Assembly (NCBI GenBank): GCA_021443605.1 | Contig: JABUTQ010000051.1 | Coordinates: 1 to 56,086, forward strand | Origin: Bacteroidales bacterium | GTDB taxonomy: Bacteria > Bacteroidota > Bacteroidia > Bacteroidales > UBA932 | Direction: 5' to 3' | DNA: 56,086 nucleotides | In this document: positions 6,146-16,373 of the stretch, piece by piece | Layout of the letters: the number at the start of each line of letters is the position of its first letter | Position numbering within the stretch: position 1 is the stretch's first letter | Translations under genes and position numbers: made by a program | The notes under the pieces: generated by a model | What the model saw: only the letters and a program-made list of their open reading frames with translations | Databases searched by the model: none | What the model was told of the DNA's origin: nothing

Positions 6146-8017
6146 TTACTCTTGAGTTGAATCCCACCATACGGGGATTGACCAAACTGCAAGGTCGCTG
6201 TTCCAGCACTTCTTGCCGCTTGAAGCATTGACAGCATCCATATTTGCACCGGGAACCTTTGCACCGATTGCGTGGAGCTGTGTAGAGTTGTAGTTAAGCT
6301 CGTGTGAGCACTGCTGCCAGCGGCGAGGCTGTGTTCCGAGAGGAACGGCCTGCTGAGCGGCTACAGACTGATAGTACTGTGCGGGAACTCCGAATCCGAA
6401 GAAAATCTCGGGATTATAGTCGTAGCGGCGTGCATCGTTGTAGAGCTCAACTGAGAAATGCATAGCCAAACGCTTCTGAGTCATAATCTTACCAAGTGAG
6501 AGATTTGCTGCTGTACCGATACCCTTGCTGAGGAAGTTGGTCATTTCAGCATCTGTCATAGGAACGAATGACGGGCAGTCGAGCAAACCGGCATCTTCCT
6601 TGACCCACTGGTTGAGCTTGATGTTCATCTCTTCCATAGATGCCTTGATACCTGCCTTGTAGGCATCAAATGCACCATTCTGATCACCCTTCTTGAAGAG
6701 GACCTCAGCCTTGATGAAGCAAGCCTCTGAGTATGTTCCAAGGTATGTGGGAGATGAAACGCGGCTGTAGAATGAGCCTGATTCTTTTGATGCATCTGTT
6801 CCGTTTCTTCTGTAGAGAAGGTCCTGATTTGCAGCATAACCCTTTGAAGAGCTTGTGCACTCTACGTAAACGGTGTCACCGAGACGATCGGGGTTGCTTG
6901 AATCAATCCACCAATGTTTAGTGGCATTGAAGTTGGCACGAAGCGGACCACCATTGAGGTTGGGAGCTTCATCAGAAACCATATCGATGCCGAGAGATCT
7001 TCTCCAGTCGCCTTTCCATTTAATCTCTGCGGGTGAATCAGCAGACTTGCCTGACATTGCCCAAGGGATGATGCGGTCTGCGCGAGGGTCTTCAACACCA
7101 TTGCCTGCGAAGTTTGTAAGGTTGTCATACAACATCTTGGTAACCATATAACCACCGTTCATACCGCAGACTGAATAGAGAGGTGAGTAGTCAACAGGCT
7201 CGTCCCAACCAAGAACGTCGTGAGTTGTGCTGTTGTCGTCTGTATGATAGATGACGGCATTGTCGTTGATGCTTGTCTGAGCTGCTGCAAGAGCATCAAG
7301 GATGGCCTGTGCATCATATTTGCCATCTTTGTAGCTGCCTGCCTGCTTCTTGTTGAGTTTGTTGATCCAGCGGGCTTTGAGCAAGTTGCCGAACTTAACC
7401 CATTTGTTGACGTCTCCACCCATCCAGTAATCTCCGAGAGCGAGGGCGGGGAGTGAGGCGTCCTGTCCCTTCGCGAGGGCTTCAAGACCTTCCTCAAGGA
7501 ATTTCATACATCCGAGCCAGATTTCCTTACCTGTGTTGTAAGGAGGAGTAGCGGACTCTGCGCAAGCCTCGTCGAAAGGCATTTCACCGTAAAGGTCTGT
7601 CATCAACATATTTCCATAGGCCCAGATAATCTTGCCGACACCCACATAGTGGTATGCGCCAGCATCTTCGGCCTTCTTAATCATATATGAGATGTTGTTT
7701 GCAGCACCCACGAACCACCACTGGTAAGGAGTGGTCACAGCACCTGACTGAGGGAGCCAAATAGATGCATTGAAGTATGTACCACCACCTGAATAACGGG
7801 TCCAGTCTCCAATCAGGAAGTTTGTACGCCAGTTGGCGAACTGCATAGCGCTGTTGGTATAGAACTCGATATGTGCAAGACGGTTTTGGTATGCAGCACT
7901 CTCTGACGAAGGATTCTCGGGGTCTGTATTGACATCCAGCCAACCTTTGCATGAGCTCATCGAAAGCACGCTGAGCGCGCAAACGATACCTAAAAATATA
8001 TTCTTTATATTTTTCAT
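6146..8017 (-). CDS. susD: SusD/RagB-family nutrient-binding outer-membrane lipoprotein
   Basis: Lipoprotein signal LSVLSMSSCKGWLDVNTDPENPS. 623 aa, immediately downstream of a SusC gene. Confidence 0.9.
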   Translation of the reverse strand: MKNIKNIFLGIVCALSVLSMSSCKGWLDVNTDPENPSSESAAYQNRLAHIEFYTNSAMQFANWRTNFLIGDWTRYSGGGTYFNASIWLPQSGAVTTPYQWWFVGAANNISYMIKKAEDAGAYHYVGVGKIIWAYGNMLMTDLYGEMPFDEACAESATPPYNTGKEIWLGCMKFLEEGLEALAKGQDASLPALALGDYWMGGDVNKWVKFGNLLKARWINKLNKKQAGSYKDGKYDAQAILDALAAAQTSINDNAVIYHTDDNSTTHDVLGWDEPVDYSPLYSVCGMNGGYMVTKMLYDNLTNFAGNGVEDPRADRIIPWAMSGKSADSPAEIKWKGDWRRSLGIDMVSDEAPNLNGGPLRANFNATKHWWIDSSNPDRLGDTVYVECTSSSKGYAANQDLLYRRNGTDASKESGSFYSRVSSPTYLGTYSEACFIKAEVLFKKGDQNGAFDAYKAGIKASMEEMNIKLNQWVKEDAGLLDCPSFVPMTDAEMTNFLSKGIGTAANLSLGKIMTQKRLAMHFSVELYNDARRYDYNPEIFFGFGVPAQYYQSVAAQQAVPLGTQPRRWQQCSHELNYNSTQLHAIGAKVPGANMDAVNASSGKKCWNSDLAVWSIPVWWDSTQE

Positions 8018-8036
8018 CTTGATTTCGTATTAAAAA

Positions 8037-11000
8037 TTAGAATGTCAAATTAAGACCGAAAGTCATACCGGCTGTAGCGGGAACACCGCAGTAGTCGAAA
8101 CCAACTGAAGATGAACCACCTACACCTGCACCAGCTGCTGCAACCTCAGGATCACCGTCGTAGTTGGTGAAGAGGAGGATGTTGTTTGCAGTTGCAGATA
8201 CAGTCACTCTCTTGATGAAACCTGTGGCATCCATCCACTTCTTGGGGAGAGAATAGCTCAAACCGAGTGAACGGAGACGGAAGAGGTTGACCTTTGTAAT
8301 ATAGTTTGCAGAATTGGTAGGATAATATGAAGTGTAGTAACTCTTGATGATGTTGTAACCACTTACAAGCTTGCCATTGAATTCATATTCCTGGTCTGCA
8401 TTCCAAGTATGTGTCATAGCCTCGTAAACAGGAATTTCCTTGGTCTTGTCGCCATCCTGAACTGTCTGTGTGCCAGTCTTGTAAAGACCTGACACCGTGA
8501 GAGGTTCATTACGCCATTTTGCAGAATTGGCACTTGTACCAGCCTGGTCCATGGTGTATCTTGTACCGTTCACAACGTCCCCACCGAATGAGAACTCCCA
8601 CAACATATTGAGGGAGAGACCCTTCCAAGTGAAAGTATTGTTGAAACCACCTGTAAGGACAGCTTCACGGTTACCAACCTCTGAAAGGTCAGTTGTATAG
8701 GTAGGCATTCCGTTCTTGTCGAGAACTACCTGGTTTGTAGTTTGATAGAGAACTTTACCGCTCTCGCCTACGATGGTGTTGTCTTTATTCCACGCTGTAC
8801 CTGCAATACCCATGAAGTAACCACCATTGTAAGAAGCAGCCTTCATTCCGGCATACTGAACGTCTGTAACGTACATTACGTCGGTACCATCCGGCAGACC
8901 GTCGAGCTTACCGCGGTTGCCTGCGAGGTTGAGGGTTGACTCCCATACGAAATCTCTTGTCTCAACTGGTGTACCGCTGATAGAGAGCTCCATACCTTTG
9001 TTATATACGTTCGCTGCATTGATTGAGCAGAAGATATAACCTGTTGACTGAGGTCCGCGAGGTGAAAGAATCTGGTTGTAAGAGTCGTTTGTGTAGTATG
9101 CGTAGTCGATATGGAGACGTCCGTTGAAGAAGCCGAGTTCGATACCGATTTCAGTAGATTTTGTCATTTCAGGCTTGAGGTACGGGTTACCACGGGTCCA
9201 GCTGTTACCAACACCAGTGATGCCACCGAGATAAGTACCTACAGGCCAGAGAGCTGTATTAGTCTCATAAACGCCTGTGTCCTTACCTACCTTTGCCCAA
9301 GAAGCGCGGATTTTACCGAAAGTGAACACGTCATTCTTAGGGATGAGTTCGCTAAACACGAACGATCCGCTCACTGACGGATAGAAGTATGAACGGTTTG
9401 CAACAGGGAGTGTTGAAGTCCAGTCGTTACGACCTGTTACTGTCAAATAGAGCATATTTCTCCAAGATGCGCGGAACTCACCGAACACACCTGCGAGTCT
9501 CTTGAGGGATGAGCCGTGTGAGAACTGCTTGTAGTCTGCTGAAGCATTTGCATAAGAGAAGAAATCGGGAACGGAGAAGTTCCAGGCCATCATATATTCT
9601 GTCTCACCGCTGGTCTGGTCAATCTGGCCACCGAGGAGGAGTCCGAGTTCGAACTCACCGAACTTCTTGTTCATATTAGAAGTCACGTTGTGTGAGAGAT
9701 ACTGATACTGACGGGTATTGTCACTCATCATACCTTTCTGCCATGCTTGCTTGATAACTGAACCTGCAGCGATTCTGTTGCGGTTTGTCTGAGTGTAAGT
9801 ATCGATACCGAGACGATAGTTGAGTGTCCACCAATCAAATATCTTGGCATTTACGAACAAGCTACCTGTGAAACGGTTGGTCTGGTCTGTGAGTTTATCC
9901 TTGTTGATAATCCAATAAGGGTTTTCACGCTCGTCCCAAGGGTCGAGACGGTCGCCGAAAAGACGATAGCGTGTTCCGTCTTCGTTGAGATAATGTTTCA
10001 TATCATCAAACGGAGACCATACGTATGCTGAATAGAGGGCACCGTTACCGCTTGAGTTGTAAAGACCGCCTGAAGTGAGGGTCTTGTCTGTCTCTGCCTG
10101 TGAATAAGCTGCGTTTGCACCAACTGTGAAGATATTGCCAATCTTCTGTTCGCCGTTGAAACGGAAAGTGTATTTGGTATATCCTGTTCCGGGAACAACA
10201 CCGCCCTGATCGTAGAAAGATCCTGAGAGGAAGAAGTTGTTGGTCTTTGTACCGCCGGCTACGCTGAGGCTTTCGTCAACGATAAGGCCGCCCTTGAAGA
10301 ACTGACCGAGGTTGTCGTAAGTCTTTGCAGAGCTCTTTGTACCCCAAGAGTTGTATGAAAAGTCGTTGAATGCAGTTTCGTGCTTTCCGCCGGGGTAGAG
10401 GTCCTCGATGTATCCGCGAGCATACTCATTCTGGAATTTGGGGAGATTTGTAACCCAAGAGGTAGAGATCTTTGAGTTGAAGTTGACCTCAACCCTGCCT
10501 TCCTTACCTTTCTTGGTGGTGATGATAATCACACCGTTTGCAGCGCGTGAACCATAAAGAGCTGAAGCGGCAGGACCTTTGAGGACAGACATTGACTCGA
10601 TATCCTCGGGGTTGATATCCATAAGACGATTTGAAGTGGTCATTGTACCACGGATTGTACCGTCGAATGCAGAGTTACCAACGAGTGAAGATGAGTTGTC
10701 ATAAATCACACCGTCAACTACGAAGAGAGGCTGGCTATCCTTTGTTTCGGAACCTGAAGTGGCACCACGAAGGATAATCTGTGCGCCTGAACCGGCAGCA
10801 CCACTTGATTGAGTGATGTTTACACCGGCAACCTTACCTGAAAGAGAAGAGATAGGGTTTGCAGTCTTGTTTCTCATCAACTCGGTAGAGCTAACTTCTT
10901 CCATTGCGTAACCGAGAGATTTTTTCTCTTTCTTGATACCCATCGCAGTAACTACTGCGTCTTCGAGCATGAGGGCATCGTCTTCAAGAATCATGTCAAT

Positions 11001-11285
11001 TTTCTGACGGCCATTGACGGCAACTTCAACGGTCTTGTAACCCATTGAAGAAAATTCCAATGTTCCGCGTGAGGGAGCTGTCAGTGAATACACTCCGTTG
11101 ACATCTGTCGCAGCACCGTTGGAAGTTCCCTTCACAACAACGTATGCTCCAACGACCGGCTCGCCTCTCTGATCTGTCACCTTACCGGTAACGTTCAGAT
11201 TCTGAGCCATCACTGTTCCCAAACCGAGAACAAGTGCGCACATCACCGCAAAAAAGCGGCTCAATTTGTTAGACAAAATGAACAT
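8037..11285 (-). CDS. susC: SusC/RagA-family TonB-dependent outer-membrane transporter
   Basis: Signal peptide, carboxypeptidase-regulatory-like domain (NVTGKVTDQRGEPVVGAYVVVKGTSNGAATDVNGVYSL), plug and barrel. The C-terminal F and the 1082-aa length fit the family. Confidence 0.95.
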   Translation of the reverse strand: MFILSNKLSRFFAVMCALVLGLGTVMAQNLNVTGKVTDQRGEPVVGAYVVVKGTSNGAATDVNGVYSLTAPSRGTLEFSSMGYKTVEVAVNGRQKIDMILEDDALMLEDAVVTAMGIKKEKKSLGYAMEEVSSTELMRNKTANPISSLSGKVAGVNITQSSGAAGSGAQIILRGATSGSETKDSQPLFVVDGVIYDNSSSLVGNSAFDGTIRGTMTTSNRLMDINPEDIESMSVLKGPAASALYGSRAANGVIIITTKKGKEGRVEVNFNSKISTSWVTNLPKFQNEYARGYIEDLYPGGKHETAFNDFSYNSWGTKSSAKTYDNLGQFFKGGLIVDESLSVAGGTKTNNFFLSGSFYDQGGVVPGTGYTKYTFRFNGEQKIGNIFTVGANAAYSQAETDKTLTSGGLYNSSGNGALYSAYVWSPFDDMKHYLNEDGTRYRLFGDRLDPWDERENPYWIINKDKLTDQTNRFTGSLFVNAKIFDWWTLNYRLGIDTYTQTNRNRIAAGSVIKQAWQKGMMSDNTRQYQYLSHNVTSNMNKKFGEFELGLLLGGQIDQTSGETEYMMAWNFSVPDFFSYANASADYKQFSHGSSLKRLAGVFGEFRASWRNMLYLTVTGRNDWTSTLPVANRSYFYPSVSGSFVFSELIPKNDVFTFGKIRASWAKVGKDTGVYETNTALWPVGTYLGGITGVGNSWTRGNPYLKPEMTKSTEIGIELGFFNGRLHIDYAYYTNDSYNQILSPRGPQSTGYIFCSINAANVYNKGMELSISGTPVETRDFVWESTLNLAGNRGKLDGLPDGTDVMYVTDVQYAGMKAASYNGGYFMGIAGTAWNKDNTIVGESGKVLYQTTNQVVLDKNGMPTYTTDLSEVGNREAVLTGGFNNTFTWKGLSLNMLWEFSFGGDVVNGTRYTMDQAGTSANSAKWRNEPLTVSGLYKTGTQTVQDGDKTKEIPVYEAMTHTWNADQEYEFNGKLVSGYNIIKSYYTSYYPTNSANYITKVNLFRLRSLGLSYSLPKKWMDATGFIKRVTVSATANNILLFTNYDGDPEVAAAGAGVGGSSSVGFDYCGVPATAGMTFGLNLTF

Positions 11286-11338
11286 AAGTGAAATTTTAGG
11301 TTAATATTATGTGTTAATCTTATGTGCATAAAATTTTT

Positions 11339-11346
11339 CAAAGTTA
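11339..11346 (-). promoter_or_regulatory. -7 promoter box TAACTTTG for susC/susD pair 1
   Basis: Plus-strand caaagtta, 54 nt upstream of the ATG at 11285. Confidence 0.5.
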
Positions 11347-11383
11347 TAAAAAAAACCACAATCTCAAAGGAATTGGCACTATA

Positions 11384-12400
11384 TCAGAATATATCTTCAT
11401 TTACCCCCTCAAGAAATGCCGTTTCGATGGGGATATAGAAGAGGCGTTCACGGATAACTTTGGGGATGGTGGTTTCGAAAACGAAGCGCTGGGCATCCTT
11501 TTCGGTGGTCAAGAGCACCGCACGGGGATGGGCTTCGGCCAAGGATACAATCTGCCGCACGTCCGACTTCGTGAATTTGTGATGGTCGGGATAGCTCAGA
11601 AAATGGGCTTCGCGATAGATCGAGAGCACGTGCATCTTAATCTGGGTATTGTCTGCGATGCCGGTTATGAGAATCGCCTCCTGAGAGTAAATGAACCTGT
11701 TGTTTCCAAAATCGGAGAAGACCGGCAACGGCTGGCAGTATTCTATCGTGGTGAAGGAGGTCTTGTGGTGGCGCCCCACCCTGTTTGCTTCAATTATTTT
11801 CTCTCTGTCCCATTCGTTCAGATATGATGGACATTTTGTAAATATCACTGTATCAGCTCGTTTTATCTGAGAAGGAATATCCCTCAACCTGCCGAACGGG
11901 AGGAGAAAATCTTTGAATACCGGCCTGTTGTATGGTATCAGGAGCACAGATTTGGAAGGTTTCAGTTTCCTGTACTGGAATCCGTCATCCAAGATTATGA
12001 CATCCGGGCGCTTCTCTTGAGGGAGTTCCATCATTTTCTTGACGGCGGCGCAGCGATTTTTGCTTACGATAACCGTTGCTTGTGGGAACTTGCGTTTGAT
12101 TTGGAGCGGCTCGTCTCCGACAGTTGAAGCTTTGTCATATTCATCTACTATTTTGAGTCCCCGCCCCTTGCGCCCGTAGCCGAGAGAGATTACACCCACT
12201 TTGCCCTTTTTGAGATATTCTTTTACAAACATCTCTGTATGAGGCGTTTTACCGGTACCACCAACGGTGATATTCCCTATTGAAATGATTGGAATATCGA
12301 ATGAAGATGAATGGAGAATCCCTTTGTCGAACCACCTGTTACGAATGGCAAGCACCAAATAATATGGGAACAGAAGTATCTTGTTTACGAAGGCGTACAT
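11384..12400 (-). CDS. lpxK: Tetraacyldisaccharide 4'-kinase
   Basis: P-loop GNITVGGTGKTPHTE. I re-anchored the start to the ATG at 12398-12400 (MYAFVNK), 1 nt after the dusB stop. The longer track ORF overlaps dusB. Confidence 0.9.
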   Translation of the reverse strand: MYAFVNKILLFPYYLVLAIRNRWFDKGILHSSSFDIPIISIGNITVGGTGKTPHTEMFVKEYLKKGKVGVISLGYGRKGRGLKIVDEYDKASTVGDEPLQIKRKFPQATVIVSKNRCAAVKKMMELPQEKRPDVIILDDGFQYRKLKPSKSVLLIPYNRPVFKDFLLPFGRLRDIPSQIKRADTVIFTKCPSYLNEWDREKIIEANRVGRHHKTSFTTIEYCQPLPVFSDFGNNRFIYSQEAILITGIADNTQIKMHVLSIYREAHFLSYPDHHKFTKSDVRQIVSLAEAHPRAVLLTTEKDAQRFVFETTIPKVIRERLFYIPIETAFLEGVNEDIF

Positions 12401-12401
12401 T

Positions 12402-13376
12402 TTATTTCCAATTCTGATTGATAAAATCCAAAGTTTTGAACAGCTCGGCCGGATCGTTCTCAGTGACAAGTTTCAGTCGTGTCTCCTTGAAATTGTCGAG
12501 GCATTTGAAATAGCAGCTCAAATGGCGCCGCATCTCAAGCACACCAACTCTTTCGCCCTTGATTTCCAGACTTTTGGCAAGATGTTTCTTTGCAAGCTCC
12601 ACCCGCTCCGCAACCGACATTGTAGGGAGAATCTCCCCAGTTGCAAGGTAGTGTTTTATCTCCTTGAAAATCCACGGATGGCCAAAACTTGCCCTGCCGA
12701 CCATTATCCCATCCACTCCGTAGCGGTCGAACGCCTCTTTTGCCTTTATTGGATTGGTGATGTCGCCGTTGCCGATAATCGGGATATGGATACGGGGATT
12801 ATTCTTTATCTCCCCTATGAGTGTCCAGTCCGCGTCTCCCTTATACATCTGAGAACGAGTACGACCGTGAATAGTAAGCGCCTCTATTCCAACATCTTGT
12901 AGTCTTTCGGCCAACTCGGGTATAATCTTGCTGTTTTCATCCCAGCCCAAGCGGGTCTTTACCGTTACGGGAAGTTTCACCGCTTCTACCACCTGTCGCG
13001 TGATATCCACCATCTTGTCTGGATAGCGCATCATACCGCTGCCCGCACCGCGTCCTGCAATCTTGTTTACCGGACATCCGAAGTTTATGTCGATGATATC
13101 GGGGGCGGCTGCTTCGGCAATCTGCGCCGCCTCCACCATAGCTTCGGGGATATGGCCGTAAATCTGGATGGCAATGGGGCGCTCATAGTCGAGAATGTTC
13201 AACTTGGCGGCCGTCTTGCCGGCATTTCTGATGAGGCCGTCAGAAGATACGAACTCGGTATAGACCATATCGGCCCCATACATCTTGCAGATGTAGCGGA
13301 AAGTGATGTCGGTGACGTTTTCCATCGGAGCAAGAAGCACCGGCTTCTCTCCCAAATCGAGATTACGAATCTTCAT
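12402..13376 (-). CDS. dusB: tRNA-dihydrouridine synthase
   Basis: Dus-family TIM-barrel motifs (LAPMENVTD, INFGCP, VTVKTRLGW, LTIHGRT). Confidence 0.9.
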   Translation of the reverse strand: MKIRNLDLGEKPVLLAPMENVTDITFRYICKMYGADMVYTEFVSSDGLIRNAGKTAAKLNILDYERPIAIQIYGHIPEAMVEAAQIAEAAAPDIIDINFGCPVNKIAGRGAGSGMMRYPDKMVDITRQVVEAVKLPVTVKTRLGWDENSKIIPELAERLQDVGIEALTIHGRTRSQMYKGDADWTLIGEIKNNPRIHIPIIGNGDITNPIKAKEAFDRYGVDGIMVGRASFGHPWIFKEIKHYLATGEILPTMSVAERVELAKKHLAKSLEIKGERVGVLEMRRHLSCYFKCLDNFKETRLKLVTENDPAELFKTLDFINQNWK

Positions 13377-13449
13377 AGCGGCTGCGAAGATACAAAAAAG
13401 TCGCGCATTTTGGGTGCACGACTTTTTGTTTTATTAGGAATTGACTTGA

Positions 13450-14445
13450 TTAGTCTGTGAGAGAGAATCTCTGGAAGGCCACAACCTTAGCATCTTTGTC
13501 GATGCTTGCGATATGGTCTTTCACAGAAATCTTACCAACCATTACAAACTCCTGGTCTTCAAGTGTTTGCTCTTTGAAGAACTTGGCAAGACGACCTTTG
13601 GCGATGTTCTGAATCATACCCTCGTTGAGGTTTGCAGCCTTCTTCTCTGAAGTTTCCTTGATAATCTGGCGTGCAAGGTCTGCCTGCTCGGGAGTAATCC
13701 AACCCTTTGCAGTATTTGACTGGATATGATCTTCGCTATCAACGTGTGCAGGGTTGATGCCGGCCTTCTTGAGGTCTGCCTCAACAGCCTTGAGGATCTG
13801 CTCTTCCTTTGTCTTTTCAATGGCGATGGCGAGCTCTTTCTCAACAACTTCTGCAGGAACGCTGTCTGAATTGACTGCAACGGGGTTCATTGCAGTAATC
13901 TGCATTGCGATATGCTTTGCAAGGTCTGCGGGAACTTCTTTGTTGAAACCGACAACGGTTGCAATCTTGTGGTTGATGTGGATGTAAGATCCGATATAAG
14001 GAGCTTCGAGAGTGTAGTAGCAAGCCACAACGTGCTTCTCACCACTTTTACCGGTCTGCTCTGTAACTGCCTGTTCAACTGTACGGCCGTCAGCCATTTT
14101 GCAAGCCAAAAGATCTTCTTTGGTTGCAGGATATGCTGTGGCGGCTACCTCTGCGATGGCGTTTGCAAGGGCTGTGAACTCATCGTTCTTTGCCACGAAG
14201 TCGGTCTCGCAACCAAGGCTTACGAGGATGGCTTTCTGATTGCCCTCAAGCACCTTTGCGATAACGGAACCTTCTGTAGTTTCGCGGTCTGCGCGCTTTG
14301 CAGCAACGAGCTTACCCTTCTCGCGGATAATCTCTTTTGCCTTCTCGAAATCGCCTTCAGCCTCAACGAGAGCCTTTTTGCAATCCATCATGCCTGCGCC
14401 GGTCATTTTGCGCAATTTTGCTACATCTGTTGCTTTAATTTCCAT
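13450..14445 (-). CDS. tsf: Translation elongation factor Ts
   Basis: N-terminal VAKLRKMTGAGMMDCKKALVEAEGDFEKA, and its position downstream of rpsB. Confidence 0.97.
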   Translation of the reverse strand: MEIKATDVAKLRKMTGAGMMDCKKALVEAEGDFEKAKEIIREKGKLVAAKRADRETTEGSVIAKVLEGNQKAILVSLGCETDFVAKNDEFTALANAIAEVAATAYPATKEDLLACKMADGRTVEQAVTEQTGKSGEKHVVACYYTLEAPYIGSYIHINHKIATVVGFNKEVPADLAKHIAMQITAMNPVAVNSDSVPAEVVEKELAIAIEKTKEEQILKAVEADLKKAGINPAHVDSEDHIQSNTAKGWITPEQADLARQIIKETSEKKAANLNEGMIQNIAKGRLAKFFKEQTLEDQEFVMVGKISVKDHIASIDKDAKVVAFQRFSLTD

Positions 14446-14457
14446 AGTATCTCCTTA

Positions 14458-15258
14458 TTATTCAGCTGATTCTTCTTTTTCTTCTCTCTTGGGGCCGTTT
14501 CTGCGTGAACGAACTTTCTTTGCAGGAGCGTCGTCCTTTGCTTCAACTTCCACGTTTTTCTCCTTTTCGAGCTTTCTTTCCTCGAGACCTTCTGCAATAG
14601 CCTTGCAGATAGTCTCAGAAACGAGTGCGATTGACTTGGCAGCGTCGTCATTTGCCGGAATCACATAATCAATGTTTGTAGGATCGCAACAAGTATCAAC
14701 CATTGCGATAACCGGGATATTGAGACGGTTTGCCTCTTTCACTGCGTTGATTTCTTTCTGTACGTCAACTACGAAAAGGGCTGAAGGGAGACGGTTGAGG
14801 TCAGCGATTGAACCGAGGTTCTTCTCAAGTTTTGCCCTCTGGCGGGTAATCTGGAGGCGCTCACGCTTTGCGAGTGTCTCGAATGTACCATCGGTAATCA
14901 TCTTGTCGATGGTGTTCATTTTCTTGACAGCCTTGCGGATTGTGGGGAAGTTGGTAAGCATACCACCTGCCCAGCGCTCTGTAACGTAAGGCATATTGAC
15001 TGCCTTTGCATTTTCCGCAATGATGTCCTTTGCCTGTTTCTTTGTAGCTACAAACAATACCTTGCGCCCTGCGCGAGCGAGCTGTTTTGCGATATTTGCA
15101 GCTTCATCTATTTTGACAACAGTCTTATGCAGGTCGATGATATGGATTCCGTTTTTCTCCATAAAGATATAGGGAGCCATTTTAGGATTCCATTTTCTCT
15201 TCTGGTGTCCGAAGTGAGCGCCTGCATCAAGTAGGTCTTGGAAATTTGTTCTTGACAT
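14458..15258 (-). CDS. rpsB: 30S ribosomal protein S2
   Basis: LLDAGAHFGHQKRKWNPKM and MLTNF motifs, with a lysine/glutamate-rich C-terminal tail. Confidence 0.97.
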   Translation of the reverse strand: MSRTNFQDLLDAGAHFGHQKRKWNPKMAPYIFMEKNGIHIIDLHKTVVKIDEAANIAKQLARAGRKVLFVATKKQAKDIIAENAKAVNMPYVTERWAGGMLTNFPTIRKAVKKMNTIDKMITDGTFETLAKRERLQITRQRAKLEKNLGSIADLNRLPSALFVVDVQKEINAVKEANRLNIPVIAMVDTCCDPTNIDYVIPANDDAAKSIALVSETICKAIAEGLEERKLEKEKNVEVEAKDDAPAKKVRSRRNGPKREEKEESAE

Positions 15259-15406
15259 TTTAATTCTTTTTTGTTTTAACTCTTTTTTTCAATCGGGAGA
15301 GTAGCGCTATGCGGTCTCTCCAATTTTCCGCAGTCCATCAAACATTTGGTAGCCATAAAGGGTCCGAACGTTTTGTCCTGGACTGTGCAAATAAATAAGT
15401 AAATCG

Positions 15407-15796
15407 TTAACGTTTGCTGAACTGGAAACGTCTACGAGCACCCGGCCTACCAGGTTTCTTTCTTTCAACTTCGCGTGCATCGCGGGTCATAAGGCCGTTT
15501 GATTTGAGAACGGCGCGGTAAGCTTCGCGGTCTGTTTTGCAGAGTGCGCGGGCGATGGCAAGGCGGAGAGCCTCAGCCTGACCTTTGATTCCACCACCGT
15601 CGAGGTTGGCCTTAATGTCGAAAGAAGCAAGTGTTCCTGTAAGATCAAGGGGTTGCTTTACAATGTAACGGAGTGTGTCCTCTTTGAAATATTCATCCAA
15701 TGAGCGGCCGTTGATTGTAATGTTGCCCTTGCCGGAGTTCAAATAAACGCGTGCGACAGCCGATTTACGTCTTCCAAGTGCGTTGATTACTTCCAT
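15407..15796 (-). CDS. rpsI: 30S ribosomal protein S9
   Basis: [10 protein letters not shown] and the C-terminal [11 protein letters not shown]. Confidence 0.97.
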   Translation of the reverse strand: MEVINALGRRKSAVARVYLNSGKGNITINGRSLDEYFKEDTLRYIVKQPLDLTGTLASFDIKANLDGGGIKGQAEALRLAIARALCKTDREAYRAVLKSNGLMTRDAREVERKKPGRPGARRRFQFSKR

Positions 15797-15802
15797 TCTG
15801 TT

Positions 15803-16255
15803 TTAGATTTCGTTTAAAGTGATTTGTTTGGGGTTCTGTGCTGCGTGAGGGTGCTCGCTACCTACATAGAGATAAAGGTTTTTGAACTGAGCCTCACCCA
15901 GACGTGTTCTGGGGAGCATGCCTCTTACTGCATGTTCAAGTACGGCTAAAGGCTTGCGTGCGAACAGATCCTTCGGAGTAGATGTGCGCTGTCCGCCGGG
16001 GTAACCGGTGTGACGAACATACACCTTGTCTGTCAGCTTTTTACCAGTGAGACGGACTTTGTCTGCGTTTACAATGATAACATTGTCTCCGCAATCCGCG
16101 TGAGGGGTAAAGTTGGGTTTGTTCTTGCCACGGAGCAAGATGGCAACCCTGCTGGCGAGACGACCGAGGACGAGATCGGTAGCGTCAATGACAACCCATT
16201 CTTTAGATGAGTTTTCCTTGTTAACCGACAGTGTTTTGTAACTTAGTGTGTCCAC
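15803..16255 (-). CDS. rplM: 50S ribosomal protein L13
   Basis: WVVIDATDLVLGRLASRVAILLRGK. The first codon at 16253-16255 reads GTG on the minus strand, so this appears to be a non-ATG start. Confidence 0.95.
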   Translation of the reverse strand: MDTLSYKTLSVNKENSSKEWVVIDATDLVLGRLASRVAILLRGKNKPNFTPHADCGDNVIIVNADKVRLTGKKLTDKVYVRHTGYPGGQRTSTPKDLFARKPLAVLEHAVRGMLPRTRLGEAQFKNLYLYVGSEHPHAAQNPKQITLNEI

Positions 16256-16318
16256 AGTGTCTTGATTTTTAAGTTAATACATTAAATTTGTTGCGATTCC
16301 CCGATATTTTGGGGGCTG

Positions 16319-16326
16319 CAAAGGTA
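16319..16326 (-). promoter_or_regulatory. -7 promoter box TACCTTTG upstream of rplM-rpsI
   Basis: Plus-strand caaaggta. On the minus strand it is followed by a short CCCC/GGGG hairpin (16300-16316) in the leader. Confidence 0.4.
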
Positions 16327-16373
16327 GAAAAAAAATCCTTTCCAGCAAAAATAAAGAGATATCAACACGCTGT

